64,000 nucleotides of DNA, taken from the NCBI GenBank assembly GCA_051532035.1, contig JAOPTW010000014.1:64001-128000 (forward strand), read 5' to 3'. A program made the translations under genes and the position numbers. The notes below the pieces were generated by a model. That model worked only from the letters and a program-made list of their open reading frames with translations. It searched no databases and was not told the origin of the DNA. This document shows, piece by piece, positions 41,983-51,807 of the stretch. The DNA is from Fibrobacterales bacterium (GTDB lineage Bacteria > Fibrobacterota > Fibrobacteria > Fibrobacterales > JAOPTW01). Each line of letters opens with the position of its first letter. Position 1 is the first letter of the stretch.

Positions 41983-42015
41983 AAAAAGGTCGAGCGCAAT
42001 GCTCGGCCTTTTTTT
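41983..42015 (+). terminator. Rho-independent terminator after fusA
   Basis: AAAAAGGTCGAGC-gcaat-GCTCGGCC-TTTTTTT. Confidence 0.88.
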
Positions 42016-42132
42016 GTACCCTCAACTCAATATCATTACAAAAAGTATATCTCTGTAATTTATCATTTTCTCCATTTTCAGCTGTGTAATTTGTTGTTAT
42101 ACTAGTAGTGAACTAATATAAGGAATTACCCC

Positions 42133-42684
42133 ATGGCAAAAGCACTCATAATAGTATCAGATGGCGCAGAAGAGACCGAACTCTATGCGGTAGCCGACAT
42201 CCTTGTAAGAGCCGATGTTGATGTAACAATTGCTGGGGTTGAAGCACTCATTTTCAAAGGGAGTAGAGGCCTTCCTGTGGGGGCTGAGGTGATTTTTAGC
42301 AAAATCATCAACGAGACGTACGACCTTATCTATCTCCCAGGAGGAGCCGGCCAAGCCGCTACAATGCAAGACAATCGCATGGTACAGGATAAGATCACCG
42401 AGCAAATGGAAGCTGGGCGACTGCTTGCTATTATTTGTGCAAGCCCCCTTGCCCTCATCACCAATCAACTTGCTAAAGATAAAGTGGTTACCTCCTTCCC
42501 TACCTACAAAGATGAGCTCACGCCGCATGTTAAAGAGTGGGTCAATAAACGAGTAGTAGTTTCGGACAATCTCATCACCTCACAAGGGCCAGGCACAGCA
42601 ATAGAACTTGGCCTCAAACTTACTGAGATCCTTGCGGGTTCAGACAAGCGAGATGAGGTTGCTCATAGCTTTTTAGTGGGATAA
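42133..42684 (+). CDS. DJ-1/YajL (ThiJ/PfpI) family protein
   Basis: DGAEETE, LPGG, AIICASP (catalytic Cys), ITSQGPGTA. Confidence 0.92.
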   Translation: MAKALIIVSDGAEETELYAVADILVRADVDVTIAGVEALIFKGSRGLPVGAEVIFSKIINETYDLIYLPGGAGQAATMQDNRMVQDKITEQMEAGRLLAIICASPLALITNQLAKDKVVTSFPTYKDELTPHVKEWVNKRVVVSDNLITSQGPGTAIELGLKLTEILAGSDKRDEVAHSFLVG

Positions 42685-42774
42685 ACCCCTTCCAAAATCT
42701 CGTGTTTTTCAGCATTTTTTCCCTAATTTTTCCATTTCTGTAATCATCTAAGCAAATACAACTATTTATCTTTC

Positions 42775-42801
42775 TAATGTCTACCAATATAGTAGACATT
42801 A
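42775..42801. promoter_or_regulatory. Perfect inverted repeat TAATGTCTAC-N7-GTAGACATTA upstream of the nifU-suf operon (Rrf2/IscR-like operator candidate)
   Basis: 10-bp perfect arms, immediately upstream of a TATATT element and 39 bp before the operon start. Confidence 0.65.
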
Positions 42802-42840
42802 ACTATATTATAGGAAACACAATCAGATAATGCGGATTTT

Positions 42841-43596
42841 ATGGATTTTTCACAGAGAATTGTAGAGCGGAGTAAGTCTCCTATGCACAGAGGTGCAATA
42901 TTTCAAGTTGAAGCCGATGAAAAAGGGCTTATATTAGTCGAAGCTAAAGAGTCGAGCCTCAAAATTTACTTGAGTGTAGACCCTGAGACTGACAAAATAC
43001 TTGAATCAAAGTTTTTTACCTATGGCGGCCCTTCCTACACTGCCATTGCAGATGTTTTTTGTCATCTCTTAGAAAACCTCTCTATCGAAGAGGCGACTCA
43101 TATTACACCACAAGAGATTGAAGCGCTTCTGAGAGATGATCCAGATGCTCCAGCTCTTATTGACGGATCTCCTGAACTTTCCCTTATAGAGCCCATCAAA
43201 AATATTGTTGCTACTGTGTATCCTGGAAGAAAAGAGGATGCTAAAAATAGGCACGAGATACGCAAGGTTCATGTAAATGCGAATGGAAAATCTGCTTTTG
43301 AAGTTAAGACTGACGCTGATAAAGAGTGGGTTTCCCTTTCTAAAGAAGAAAAGATTACACGAATCGATAAATGCCTTGATGAACATGTTCGCGCAGGCCT
43401 CCAAATGGATGGTGGTGACGTTAAGATTCTCGATATCGAGAACGATGTAAAAGTACTGGTTGAATACGAAGGTGCTTGTGGCTCATGCGGTGCTGCAAGT
43501 GGTGGTACACTCTTTTTTATGGAAGATCAAGTTAAACGCCACGTATTTCACGGCCTCAGAGTGGAACCACAAGGCCTTTTTGATGGAATGATGTAA
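42841..43596 (+). CDS. NifU-like protein: degenerate IscU/SufU-like N-domain plus Nfu (CxxC) C-domain
   Basis: LKIYLSVD....I...KF.TYG (U-type fold pattern); [12 protein letters not shown]...YEGACGSC. Confidence 0.82.
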   Translation: MDFSQRIVERSKSPMHRGAIFQVEADEKGLILVEAKESSLKIYLSVDPETDKILESKFFTYGGPSYTAIADVFCHLLENLSIEEATHITPQEIEALLRDDPDAPALIDGSPELSLIEPIKNIVATVYPGRKEDAKNRHEIRKVHVNANGKSAFEVKTDADKEWVSLSKEEKITRIDKCLDEHVRAGLQMDGGDVKILDIENDVKVLVEYEGACGSCGAASGGTLFFMEDQVKRHVFHGLRVEPQGLFDGMM

Positions 43597-43597
43597 T

Positions 43598-45031
43598 ATG
43601 ACTGATACTACACCAATGAATACTGAATATAAACATGGCTTTGTCACTGATATCGAAGTTGAAGCATTTGCTAAAGGACTGAGCGAGGATGTTATTCGTC
43701 GTTCATCTGCAAAGCGAAATGAACCTCAATTTCTTCTCGATTTTAGACTCAAAGCCTATGCAAAATTACTGACAATGGAAGAACCTAATTGGGCCAAACT
43801 CAACGTTCCCCCAATAGACCTCCAAGATATCGTCTACTACTCTGCCCCAAAGAAAAAGCAAGAGTTCGATAATATTGATGATGTTGATCCTGAGCTTCTT
43901 GAAACTTTTGCAAAGCTCGGCATTCCCCTTGATGAACAAAAACGTCTCGCAAACGTTGCAGTAGATGCAGTATTTGATTCAGTATCAATTGCCACTACGC
44001 ACAAAAAGAAATTGATGGAACACGGTGTAATCTTCTGTTCATTTTCAGAAGCAGTTCACGACTATCCAGAGCTTATTCAAGAACATCTTGCAAGTGTTGT
44101 CCCTGTGGGCGATAACTATTTTGCTTGTCTGAACAGTGCAGTGTTTACTGATGGGTCGTTTGTTTTTATACCGCCAGGTGTGAGAAGCCCCATGGACCTC
44201 TCTACTTACTTCAGAATTAATAATGAAGAAGCGGGACAGTTTGAAAGAACGCTTATAGTTGCTGCCGAAAATAGTTATGTATCCTACCTCGAAGGGTGTA
44301 CTGCACCAGAATTTAGTACAAATCAGCTCCATGCGGCTGTTGTGGAACTCGTAGCACTCGAAGGGGCAGAAATCAAATACAGCACCGTTCAAAACTGGTA
44401 TGCAGGCGACAAAGAGACTGGCAAGGGTGGCGTACTGAACCTTGTTACCAAACGTGGTATTTGTGCTGGAGATAATGCAAAAATTTCATGGACACAAGTT
44501 GAAACAGGATCTGCCATCACCTGGAAATACCCAAGCTGTATTTTAAAAGGCGACAACTCCATTGGTGAATTCTATTCAGTAGCTCTTACAAATGGCTACA
44601 TGCAAGCTGATACCGGCTCTAAAATGATGCACATTGGTAAAAACACCAAGTCGACGATTATCTCAAAAGGTATATCGGCCGACAACTCCTCAAATGCCTA
44701 CCGTGGATTGGTCAACATATCAAAAAGTGCATCCGGAGCACGTAACTACACTCAGTGTGATAGTATGCTTGTAGGTGAAACCTGTAGTGCACACACCTTC
44801 CCTTATGTTTCAGTTGGCAATTCTAAAGCAACCACTGAACATGAGGCGAGTACTTCAAAAATAAGTGAAGATCAACTCTTCTATTTTGAACAACGCGGTA
44901 TATCACGTGAAGACGCCATATCTACCGTAATTAATGGATTTTGTAAGGATGTATTTAGAGAGCTTCCCGCTGAATTTGCAGCCGAAGCCACAGAACTTCT
45001 CACTCTTAAACTCGAAAAGAGTGTTGGATAA
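43598..45031 (+). CDS. sufB: Fe-S cluster assembly scaffold SufB
   Basis: [52 protein letters not shown]. Confidence 0.97.
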   Translation: MTDTTPMNTEYKHGFVTDIEVEAFAKGLSEDVIRRSSAKRNEPQFLLDFRLKAYAKLLTMEEPNWAKLNVPPIDLQDIVYYSAPKKKQEFDNIDDVDPELLETFAKLGIPLDEQKRLANVAVDAVFDSVSIATTHKKKLMEHGVIFCSFSEAVHDYPELIQEHLASVVPVGDNYFACLNSAVFTDGSFVFIPPGVRSPMDLSTYFRINNEEAGQFERTLIVAAENSYVSYLEGCTAPEFSTNQLHAAVVELVALEGAEIKYSTVQNWYAGDKETGKGGVLNLVTKRGICAGDNAKISWTQVETGSAITWKYPSCILKGDNSIGEFYSVALTNGYMQADTGSKMMHIGKNTKSTIISKGISADNSSNAYRGLVNISKSASGARNYTQCDSMLVGETCSAHTFPYVSVGNSKATTEHEASTSKISEDQLFYFEQRGISREDAISTVINGFCKDVFRELPAEFAAEATELLTLKLEKSVG

Positions 45032-45043
45032 AAGGATTAGAAA

Positions 45044-45787
45044 ATGTTAGAGATAAAAGATATACACTGCTCTGTAGTTGAAGGTCAAGAAATATTAAAA
45101 GGGATCTCTCTTACCATCAAACCCGGTGAAGTACATGCGATCATGGGCCCCAATGGTTCTGGCAAAAGTACCCTATCAAAAGTAATTGCCGGTCACCATG
45201 CATATGAAGTAACCGCTGGTGATGTCACCATTGATGGTGAAAGTATTCTTGAAAATGATGTAGCGGATAGAGCTAATAAAGGTATCTTTATGGGCTTCCA
45301 ATACCCTATTGAAGTTCCTGGCGTTAACAATGCAGACTTCTTAAAAATGGCACTTAACGCAAAACGTTCATACGAAGGTAAAGACGCCATAAGTGACGAA
45401 GATTTCGAAACACTTCTCCAAAAAGAGATGGACGTACTCGAAATGACTGACAAATATCGTGAGCGTGGTTTAAATGACGGTTTTTCCGGTGGTGAGAAAA
45501 AAAGAAATGAGATTCTTCAGCTCGCCATTCTCCAGCCCAAATATGCTATTCTCGATGAGACCGACTCTGGTCTTGACATCGATGCACTCCGCATTGTAGC
45601 AAATGGTATAAATGCCGCCATGAGTGAAGATCGTGGTGTACTCCTTATAACTCACTACCAACGCCTTCTCGACTACGTCAAGCCTGACTTTGTTCACGTA
45701 CAAAGTGAAGGAACCATTATCAAGTCTGGCGGCCCAGAGCTCGCATTAGAACTCGAAAAGCAAGGTTACGACTGGCTGGTAAAATAG
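45044..45787 (+). CDS. sufC: Fe-S cluster assembly ATPase SufC
   Basis: MGPNGSGKST, FQYP.EVPGV, FSGGEKKR, LDETDSGLDIDAL, ITHYQRLL. Confidence 0.97.
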   Translation: MLEIKDIHCSVVEGQEILKGISLTIKPGEVHAIMGPNGSGKSTLSKVIAGHHAYEVTAGDVTIDGESILENDVADRANKGIFMGFQYPIEVPGVNNADFLKMALNAKRSYEGKDAISDEDFETLLQKEMDVLEMTDKYRERGLNDGFSGGEKKRNEILQLAILQPKYAILDETDSGLDIDALRIVANGINAAMSEDRGVLLITHYQRLLDYVKPDFVHVQSEGTIIKSGGPELALELEKQGYDWLVK

Positions 45788-45796
45788 GATATCATT

Positions 45797-47008
45797 ATGA
45801 CAACAACAGAAATTTCACCATCAGTTCAAGAAGTCCTCGATATTCACGAACAACTCTGGATAAACATTGGACTCTCAAAACATAAAGAGATCAGTGACTC
45901 TGCAATGAGTCGATTTGCTGAGACGGGTCTTCCTGGTAAAAAACATGAGTCTTTTACCTATATCGATACAAAAAAAATTAATAGAAGTTCTTTTACTGCT
46001 ATTTGTGACAATGCAATACTAAGCGAGTCAAAAATTCCCGACAGTGTCAGTGCCATAAACCTACATGATTCTGATGGTGAGTACCTCAATATTCTTGCAT
46101 CTAACCTTATAGATGAGCAAGATCCTTTTGCTCTCATGAACTATGGGTTTTCTCAAAATATTCTCTGCTTTAATATCCCAAAAGACACTTTGGTTGACCA
46201 ACCGGTTATCCTCAATATTAATTCAGTAAATCAAGACGGCTCTAACAATGCTGTTTTTTTTAATAGACTTATTATAAAATGTGAAGAAGGCTCAGTAGCT
46301 AACTTCATTATCAAAGTTAAAAACAGCACCTGCCTCAGCTCTAACACCATCATTGATTTTGAAATTGGTGAAGGAGCCGCTATTGAAGCAGCACGTTTTC
46401 ATGAAGGACAAGAGAACACTTTTGATTTTTGTAAAATTAATGTGCACCAAGCAGCTAAGTCTCATTTCAAAACATTTTCAAATGATTTTGGATCAGCAAT
46501 GCTTCGAAACAACATTGAAGCTCACCTTGATGGTGAAGATGCTGACGCAGAGATCAGTGCTATCTCGGTTCTCAATAATGACCTTCAGACCCACAACTAC
46601 TTAAATATTCATCACCACGCTCCTCACTGTAATTCAACACAGCGGTTCTACAATGTATTGATGGATAGAGCACGATGTTCGATTGACGGAACCGTAAATG
46701 TTGACAAAGGTGCACAACAAACAGATTCAGATCAATTGATCAAAACGTTATTACTTTCTGATGATGCACGCGCCTCGACAAAACCAAATCTTAAAATTTT
46801 CGCAGATGATGTTTCGTGTACTCACGGTTCCACCTGTGGTTCACTCGAAGAAGAGGATATTTTTTATCTTACCTCGCGAGGTATTAGCGAAGCACAAGCT
46901 CGTGAAGTTCTGACACACTCATTTTACCTTGGAGAGATGAAAAAAGTATTTTCTTCTGACTACATAGAACAGATGAAAGTAAAACTCGAAACCCGACTTC
47001 AACACTAA
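45797..47008 (+). CDS. sufD: Fe-S cluster assembly protein SufD
   Basis: GLP.KKHESF.Y, beta-helix, KPNLKIFADDVSCTHGST, FYLTSRGI. Confidence 0.93.
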   Translation: MTTTEISPSVQEVLDIHEQLWINIGLSKHKEISDSAMSRFAETGLPGKKHESFTYIDTKKINRSSFTAICDNAILSESKIPDSVSAINLHDSDGEYLNILASNLIDEQDPFALMNYGFSQNILCFNIPKDTLVDQPVILNINSVNQDGSNNAVFFNRLIIKCEEGSVANFIIKVKNSTCLSSNTIIDFEIGEGAAIEAARFHEGQENTFDFCKINVHQAAKSHFKTFSNDFGSAMLRNNIEAHLDGEDADAEISAISVLNNDLQTHNYLNIHHHAPHCNSTQRFYNVLMDRARCSIDGTVNVDKGAQQTDSDQLIKTLLLSDDARASTKPNLKIFADDVSCTHGSTCGSLEEEDIFYLTSRGISEAQAREVLTHSFYLGEMKKVFSSDYIEQMKVKLETRLQH

Positions 47009-47019
47009 ACAGGTTGCAC

Positions 47020-48246
47020 ATGGTTATGACTCTTGATGTAGAAAAAATCCGTAACGATTTCCCCATTCTTAAAAAGACTTATGGCGATAAGCCACTAGTC
47101 TTTCTCGACAATACTGCTACAACTCAGAAACCTCAGTCTGTCATTGATTGCCTGAGCGACTTCTGGACCAACAACTATTCTAGTGTTGGTCGTGGCGTGT
47201 ATCGTTTAAGTGAAAATACTACTCAAGGCTTTGAACAGACCCGACAGAAAGTTGCGGAATTTATCAATGCAAACCGCCCTGAAGAGATTGTATATACTCG
47301 AGGCACCACTGAGTCACTCAACCTTATTGCGGCATCCTGGGGCAAAGCCAACCTTCAAGAAGGTGATGAAATTATCATATCCGCCCTTGAACACCACGCC
47401 AACATTGTTCCTTGGCAACTTATTGCACAAGACAAAGGCGCAATACTCAAGGTCATCCCCTGTAATGATGACGCTGAACTTATCATGGAGGAGTATAAAA
47501 AACTCCTCAGCCCCAAAACAAAGATTGTCTCTGTTACCCACATAGCCAATTCTACGGGTACTATTAATCCCATAAAAGAAATTATCGATTTAGCCCATGA
47601 AGTAGGAGCCGTAGTTTCCATTGATGGCGCTCAAAGCATAGCTCATGAAGCAATTGATGTACAAGCCCTTGATTGTGATTTCTTCTCTTTCTCAGGCCAC
47701 AAAATGTATGGTCCCACGGGAATTGGAGTACTCTATGGTAAATATGATCTCCTTGCAGCTATGCCACCTTACCAAGGTGGCGGTGAGATGATCGATACTG
47801 TTACCTTTGAACAGAGCACCTACACCACTCCCCCCCATCGTTTTGAAGCAGGAACCCCTGCTGTAGCCGAAGTACTCGGGCTTGGAAAAGCCATTGAATA
47901 CCTCCAAGAAATTGGACTCGATGCAATAGCAGTCTACGAACATGAACTTCTCGAGTATGCTACAGAAAAACTCTCTCAAATTGAGGGTCTTAGAATTATT
48001 GGTACCGCAAAAGAAAAAGCATCACTCATCTCATTTACTCTCAAGGCTGCACATCCTCATGATGCAGCAATGATATTTGATGAAGAGGCTATCTGTATTC
48101 GCGCAGGACACCACTGTGCACAACCTGTTATGGACCGTTTTGGAGTTCCCGCCACCAATAGAGCCTCATTTTCATTCTATAATACGACAGAAGAAATAGA
48201 CGTATTTGTAAAAGCTATTGAAAGGGTTAATTTCCTCTTTAGCTAA
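47020..48246 (+). CDS. sufS: Cysteine desulfurase SufS
   Basis: IRNDFPIL, LDNTATTQKP, EHHANIVPW, FSGHKMYGPTG, FEAGTP, IRAGHHCAQP; start ATG 47020 or 47026. Confidence 0.96.
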   Translation: MVMTLDVEKIRNDFPILKKTYGDKPLVFLDNTATTQKPQSVIDCLSDFWTNNYSSVGRGVYRLSENTTQGFEQTRQKVAEFINANRPEEIVYTRGTTESLNLIAASWGKANLQEGDEIIISALEHHANIVPWQLIAQDKGAILKVIPCNDDAELIMEEYKKLLSPKTKIVSVTHIANSTGTINPIKEIIDLAHEVGAVVSIDGAQSIAHEAIDVQALDCDFFSFSGHKMYGPTGIGVLYGKYDLLAAMPPYQGGGEMIDTVTFEQSTYTTPPHRFEAGTPAVAEVLGLGKAIEYLQEIGLDAIAVYEHELLEYATEKLSQIEGLRIIGTAKEKASLISFTLKAAHPHDAAMIFDEEAICIRAGHHCAQPVMDRFGVPATNRASFSFYNTTEEIDVFVKAIERVNFLFS

Positions 48247-48258
48247 TACTCATTTTCA

Positions 48259-48290
48259 TAAAAGCCCCTCTATACCTAGAGGGGCTTTTA
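48259..48290 (+). terminator. Rho-independent terminator of the suf operon
   Basis: TAAAAGCCCCTCTA-tacc-TAGAGGGGCTTTTA, 14-bp stem. Confidence 0.88.
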
Positions 48291-48714
48291 TCTTTTATTC
48301 CCAAAAATCCCACACAACCGCTAATACACTTCCCTAAGGGTCAATCATTTAAGATTACATCACCCTTCCCCCCCCATTTGCTTGTCATCAGCAATAAAAT
48401 GCGAAACAAAATTTCCACAACATCCCCCATAGGGCTATCACTTACTTTAAGTAAGAACTTTTCTACGCCCCCTCTTCCCAAGAATTCAAACAAGCTAATA
48501 TCACTTACTTCCTCGCCACCCATCAAAATAGGGCGATAATCATCAAAAAGGGTCAATTAAAATAACATCCACCTCAAGCAATGCCCCGAATAATCGATAC
48601 TAGAGAGGCCCGTCTCACTTACCAAGGCAACAACCAAAATCTTTACTTTAATTCACTATTCGCAATAGGTATATTATCTCTACACACTATATACACACAA
48701 ATAGGAAACAAACC

Positions 48715-49755
48715 ATGAAAAAACTCATACCCCTAATGAGTCTTCTCTCAATCATGCTCTTCGTAGGATGCCTCGGTGAAGACCCAATATCAGAAAATAC
48801 AGACAATGAAAGCTCTTCAGAAATTTCATCAGAAGCCACAACAGATGATGACTCTTCTGCAGATGACAATTCCTCAAGCGACTCCCAAGATCCTTCATCA
48901 GACACCGCAGACGACTCAAGCGAAGCCATAATAATCAGCAGCGAAGAAACACCTGAATCAAGTAGCGAGACTGAAGAATCGTCAGAAAGTACTACAACCC
49001 AAGAAAGCTCTTCTTCTCAAACCTCAGATACAGTTAGCTCAGAAGAGATTACCTCTGACTACGACACCAAAGGCTCGACTTCACCATCAGGAAAAGGTAT
49101 TTTTGAAGACTGGGAAGATGGTGATGCCCAAAGCGCTCTCGCCAAAAACGTCGCAAGCGAAAATAACAAAGACACCGAAGATGCCGGCGGCTACTGGTAT
49201 GCCTACACCGATGACAAAGGCTCAACCCTTACAACAATCACAGGTGGAGACTTAGTTTCTGGAGATGCCGAAATTATCGAAGCGATCACCGACAACGCCC
49301 TTCATGTTATATTTAACAGCGGTAATTCTACAGAAAAATACCCAGTCGCTGGACTCGGCGTAAACCTCATGTACGGAACAACAGACGACGATCCAGATGC
49401 TCCACGCCCAGTAGACCTCACTGGATTGACCAAAGTCAAACTTCGCCTTAAAGGCACTCCATCAACCATCGTTGTCGCATTTTCAGCAATGGACGCAACC
49501 GACTGGGGGGCCTATGACTACGAATTCGCAATCACTGATGAATGGACCGAATACGAAATTACTTTGAACGACCTTAAAGGAAGTGCTGGCTCAGACCTCT
49601 CAAGCCACTTCATTGATGAACAACTCAGTGAACTCCTCTCAATGTCATTCTCGATTTCCGGAGCAGACAAAGATAAAGAGATCACACTCTCTATAGACCA
49701 CATCCAATTTGTCGGTATCGACGAAGCAACCGTACCCTATGTAGACCTCCCCTAA
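48715..49755 (+). CDS. Lipoprotein with Ser/Glu/Thr-rich linker and a probable carbohydrate-binding (CBM11/CIA30-like) domain
   Basis: Lipobox FVGC; about 100-aa SSE linker; FEDWEDG, GGYWYAYTD, VDLTGLT.V.L..KG, WTEYEI...DL, IDHIQF. Confidence 0.75.
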   Translation: MKKLIPLMSLLSIMLFVGCLGEDPISENTDNESSSEISSEATTDDDSSADDNSSSDSQDPSSDTADDSSEAIIISSEETPESSSETEESSESTTTQESSSSQTSDTVSSEEITSDYDTKGSTSPSGKGIFEDWEDGDAQSALAKNVASENNKDTEDAGGYWYAYTDDKGSTLTTITGGDLVSGDAEIIEAITDNALHVIFNSGNSTEKYPVAGLGVNLMYGTTDDDPDAPRPVDLTGLTKVKLRLKGTPSTIVVAFSAMDATDWGAYDYEFAITDEWTEYEITLNDLKGSAGSDLSSHFIDEQLSELLSMSFSISGADKDKEITLSIDHIQFVGIDEATVPYVDLP

Positions 49756-49772
49756 CAATCCAATCTACAACT

Positions 49773-49810
49773 AAATAGAAAAAGCCTGCATACGCAGGCT
49801 TTTTCTATTT
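49773..49810 (+). terminator. Rho-independent terminator
   Basis: AAATAGAAAAAGCCTGC-atac-GCAGGCTTTTTCTATTT. Confidence 0.9.
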
Positions 49811-49994
49811 TTACACTAACCACAAGTAGACATTAATATAAGTATTTTATCAATTATCGATTGTAGCGAGTACAATTCCAAGGACACCACTGTCCACATA
49901 AACCAACTTTTAAGGTATGTAACCAAATATTTAACTTTGAAGCAACACCACTTATAGGTATATTATGTTGACAATTAATTAACAGGAAGACACA

Positions 49995-51029
49995 ATGACA
50001 TTATTCAAAACGACTCTCATGCTCCTCGGGCTGACTTTTTTTGTTGGATGCCTCGGAGAGGACGCCACAGGAACAACAGCTGATGATAAATCATCACAAC
50101 AAGAAGAATCTTCTGATGCAACCGTAGCTCAAGATGAATCTTCCGACAATGGCGACGCCAATCAAGGTGAAGAATCTTCTGACACACAAGAAGACAATTC
50201 ATCTGAAGCGACAACCAATGATTCTTCTGAATCACAAAATACAGACGAATCTTCTGAAGCGACAACTGATGAATCTTCCGAAGCAACAACTTCAAACCCT
50301 GAATCATCTGCAACGGAAACAGACCCTGTATCCTCTTCTGATGCAGACGAAAACCCTGCCACCGATGGTATCGTATTTGAAAATTTCGAAACAACTACTG
50401 GTCAACTTGTATTTGCCAAAAAAGCCGGTAGTGAAGGCGGCCTCACAGCACTCACAGCTGGCGGATACTGGTTTGTATATGCCGATGAAGAAACACCTGC
50501 AGCTGGCGACGAGGCAAGCTCAGTTAAAAATGCTGACGGCGAAGTTATCGACACCCTTTTCTCTGCACTCATTGAAGATGATGCACTTCATGCATTCCTA
50601 CACGCATCAGGTAAAATTGAAGCTGCAGAAGGACGCCAAGCCACTATTGGCGTGAATCTTATTGGTGACGGTGAAGATGGACTATCAGTAGACCTCACTG
50701 GATTAACCGAAGTTACAATCATCGCCAAAGGCGATGGAACTCTCACTTGCGGGTTTAACACAGCAGAGCCTACAAGACCATGGGGGACATTTAATGGCCG
50801 CCTTGACCTGGGCAATGATTATGAAGAGCACACTTTTAAAACGACAGAGCTTATTGGCGAATTATATTCTGAAGTTTCAGATGAGCCACTCTCAGACTAC
50901 CTTGCGACCGTTACTCAATTTTCTTGTGACGCAAAATCTGGCGTCGAAAAACCAAAAGACATTGAAATCTATATTCAAGAGATCACAATGAAAGGCATTA
51001 CTTACGCTGATGTTACTATAAACGAATAA
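49995..51029 (+). CDS. Lipoprotein, tandem paralog of 48715..49755
   Basis: Shares FVGCLGED, AGGYW..Y.D, D.ALH, GVNL, VDLTGLT.V and WG; repeated (D/E)ESS(E/D) linker. Confidence 0.78.
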   Translation: MTLFKTTLMLLGLTFFVGCLGEDATGTTADDKSSQQEESSDATVAQDESSDNGDANQGEESSDTQEDNSSEATTNDSSESQNTDESSEATTDESSEATTSNPESSATETDPVSSSDADENPATDGIVFENFETTTGQLVFAKKAGSEGGLTALTAGGYWFVYADEETPAAGDEASSVKNADGEVIDTLFSALIEDDALHAFLHASGKIEAAEGRQATIGVNLIGDGEDGLSVDLTGLTEVTIIAKGDGTLTCGFNTAEPTRPWGTFNGRLDLGNDYEEHTFKTTELIGELYSEVSDEPLSDYLATVTQFSCDAKSGVEKPKDIEIYIQEITMKGITYADVTINE

Positions 51030-51042
51030 TACTTTTATAAAT

Positions 51043-51078
51043 AAAAAAGGGGTATGCAAAACGCATACCCCTTTTTTT
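51043..51078. terminator. Bidirectional terminator between convergent genes
   Basis: AAAAAAGGGGTATGC-aaaac-GCATACCCCTTTTTTT. Confidence 0.9.
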
Positions 51079-51121
51079 ATTCTAGATATCTATACAGACG
51101 TAATACGCCGCTTTACCCTTC

Positions 51122-51511
51122 TCAAGGGAGCATCGGCAAATAATAATTATATAGAAAATCAACCTTAAAGACACGCAATTGAATCGTGTCTTTATAGAGA
51201 GCATCTTGAGCCGTGTCAAGCTCAAATATCAACCGTTCTTTTATATCCTCCAACCCCCCAACTGCCTGTGTAAGCTGGTAATATGTTTGTGGCCGTGTCG
51301 TCGTATCTACAAATGTATCTTGAAGTTGTAATTCGATATTATGTAAAAGTTTTTCCACATGATCCAACTCTTCAGTAGTCACTGTCTTAACTTCAACAGC
51401 AGATGAAGAACTCAACTCTTCTGACCCAACAGATGAACCTCCACAGCCTTGTGAAAAGATCAAAACATACAGCAACAAATAAAATAAGCTTAGAATAGAA
51501 ATAAAGTGCAT
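51122..51511 (-). CDS. Hypothetical exported protein, possibly a lipoprotein
   Basis: From ATG 51511: hydrophobic leader ending SQGC, Ser-rich linker, helical C-terminus; the longer track start looks spurious. Confidence 0.6.
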   Translation of the reverse strand: MHFISILSLFYLLLYVLIFSQGCGGSSVGSEELSSSSAVEVKTVTTEELDHVEKLLHNIELQLQDTFVDTTTRPQTYYQLTQAVGGLEDIKERLIFELDTAQDALYKDTIQLRVFKVDFLYNYYLPMLP

Positions 51512-51807
51512 TGTGTCCCTTTTGATTAATAGCGTAGCGACTGAGTGTGTAACACCACAGCCCCGCAACCAAATCAGGCTAAAAATAACAAATTGCCCCC
51601 TCAAGGTTCGTTTATTTTTGTTTACATTGCCACTCACCGTACTCCTCCTTCCAATAAAACTACTGTATTCAATTCTAAATTCAGCCAACATTTAATTTTT
51701 ATTAAAATTTTTACTCTTTATAGGTAATTATCGCCCTTTCTCTAACTGAGCTCTGCCTCAATATTGTATACTTCTTATAATCAATAACACACCACAGAAC
51801 TATACGA

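Noticed and set aside
48291..48630. Long C-rich intergenic region and a 71-aa minus-strand ORF as a possible riboswitch, sRNA or small gene
   Set aside because: No recognisable riboswitch consensus, extended stem or protein motif; an Rfam scan would be needed.
50080..50345. Repeated GAATCTTC units as a CRISPR-like or non-coding repeat array
   Set aside because: Irregular spacing; they simply encode the ESS linker of the lipoprotein.
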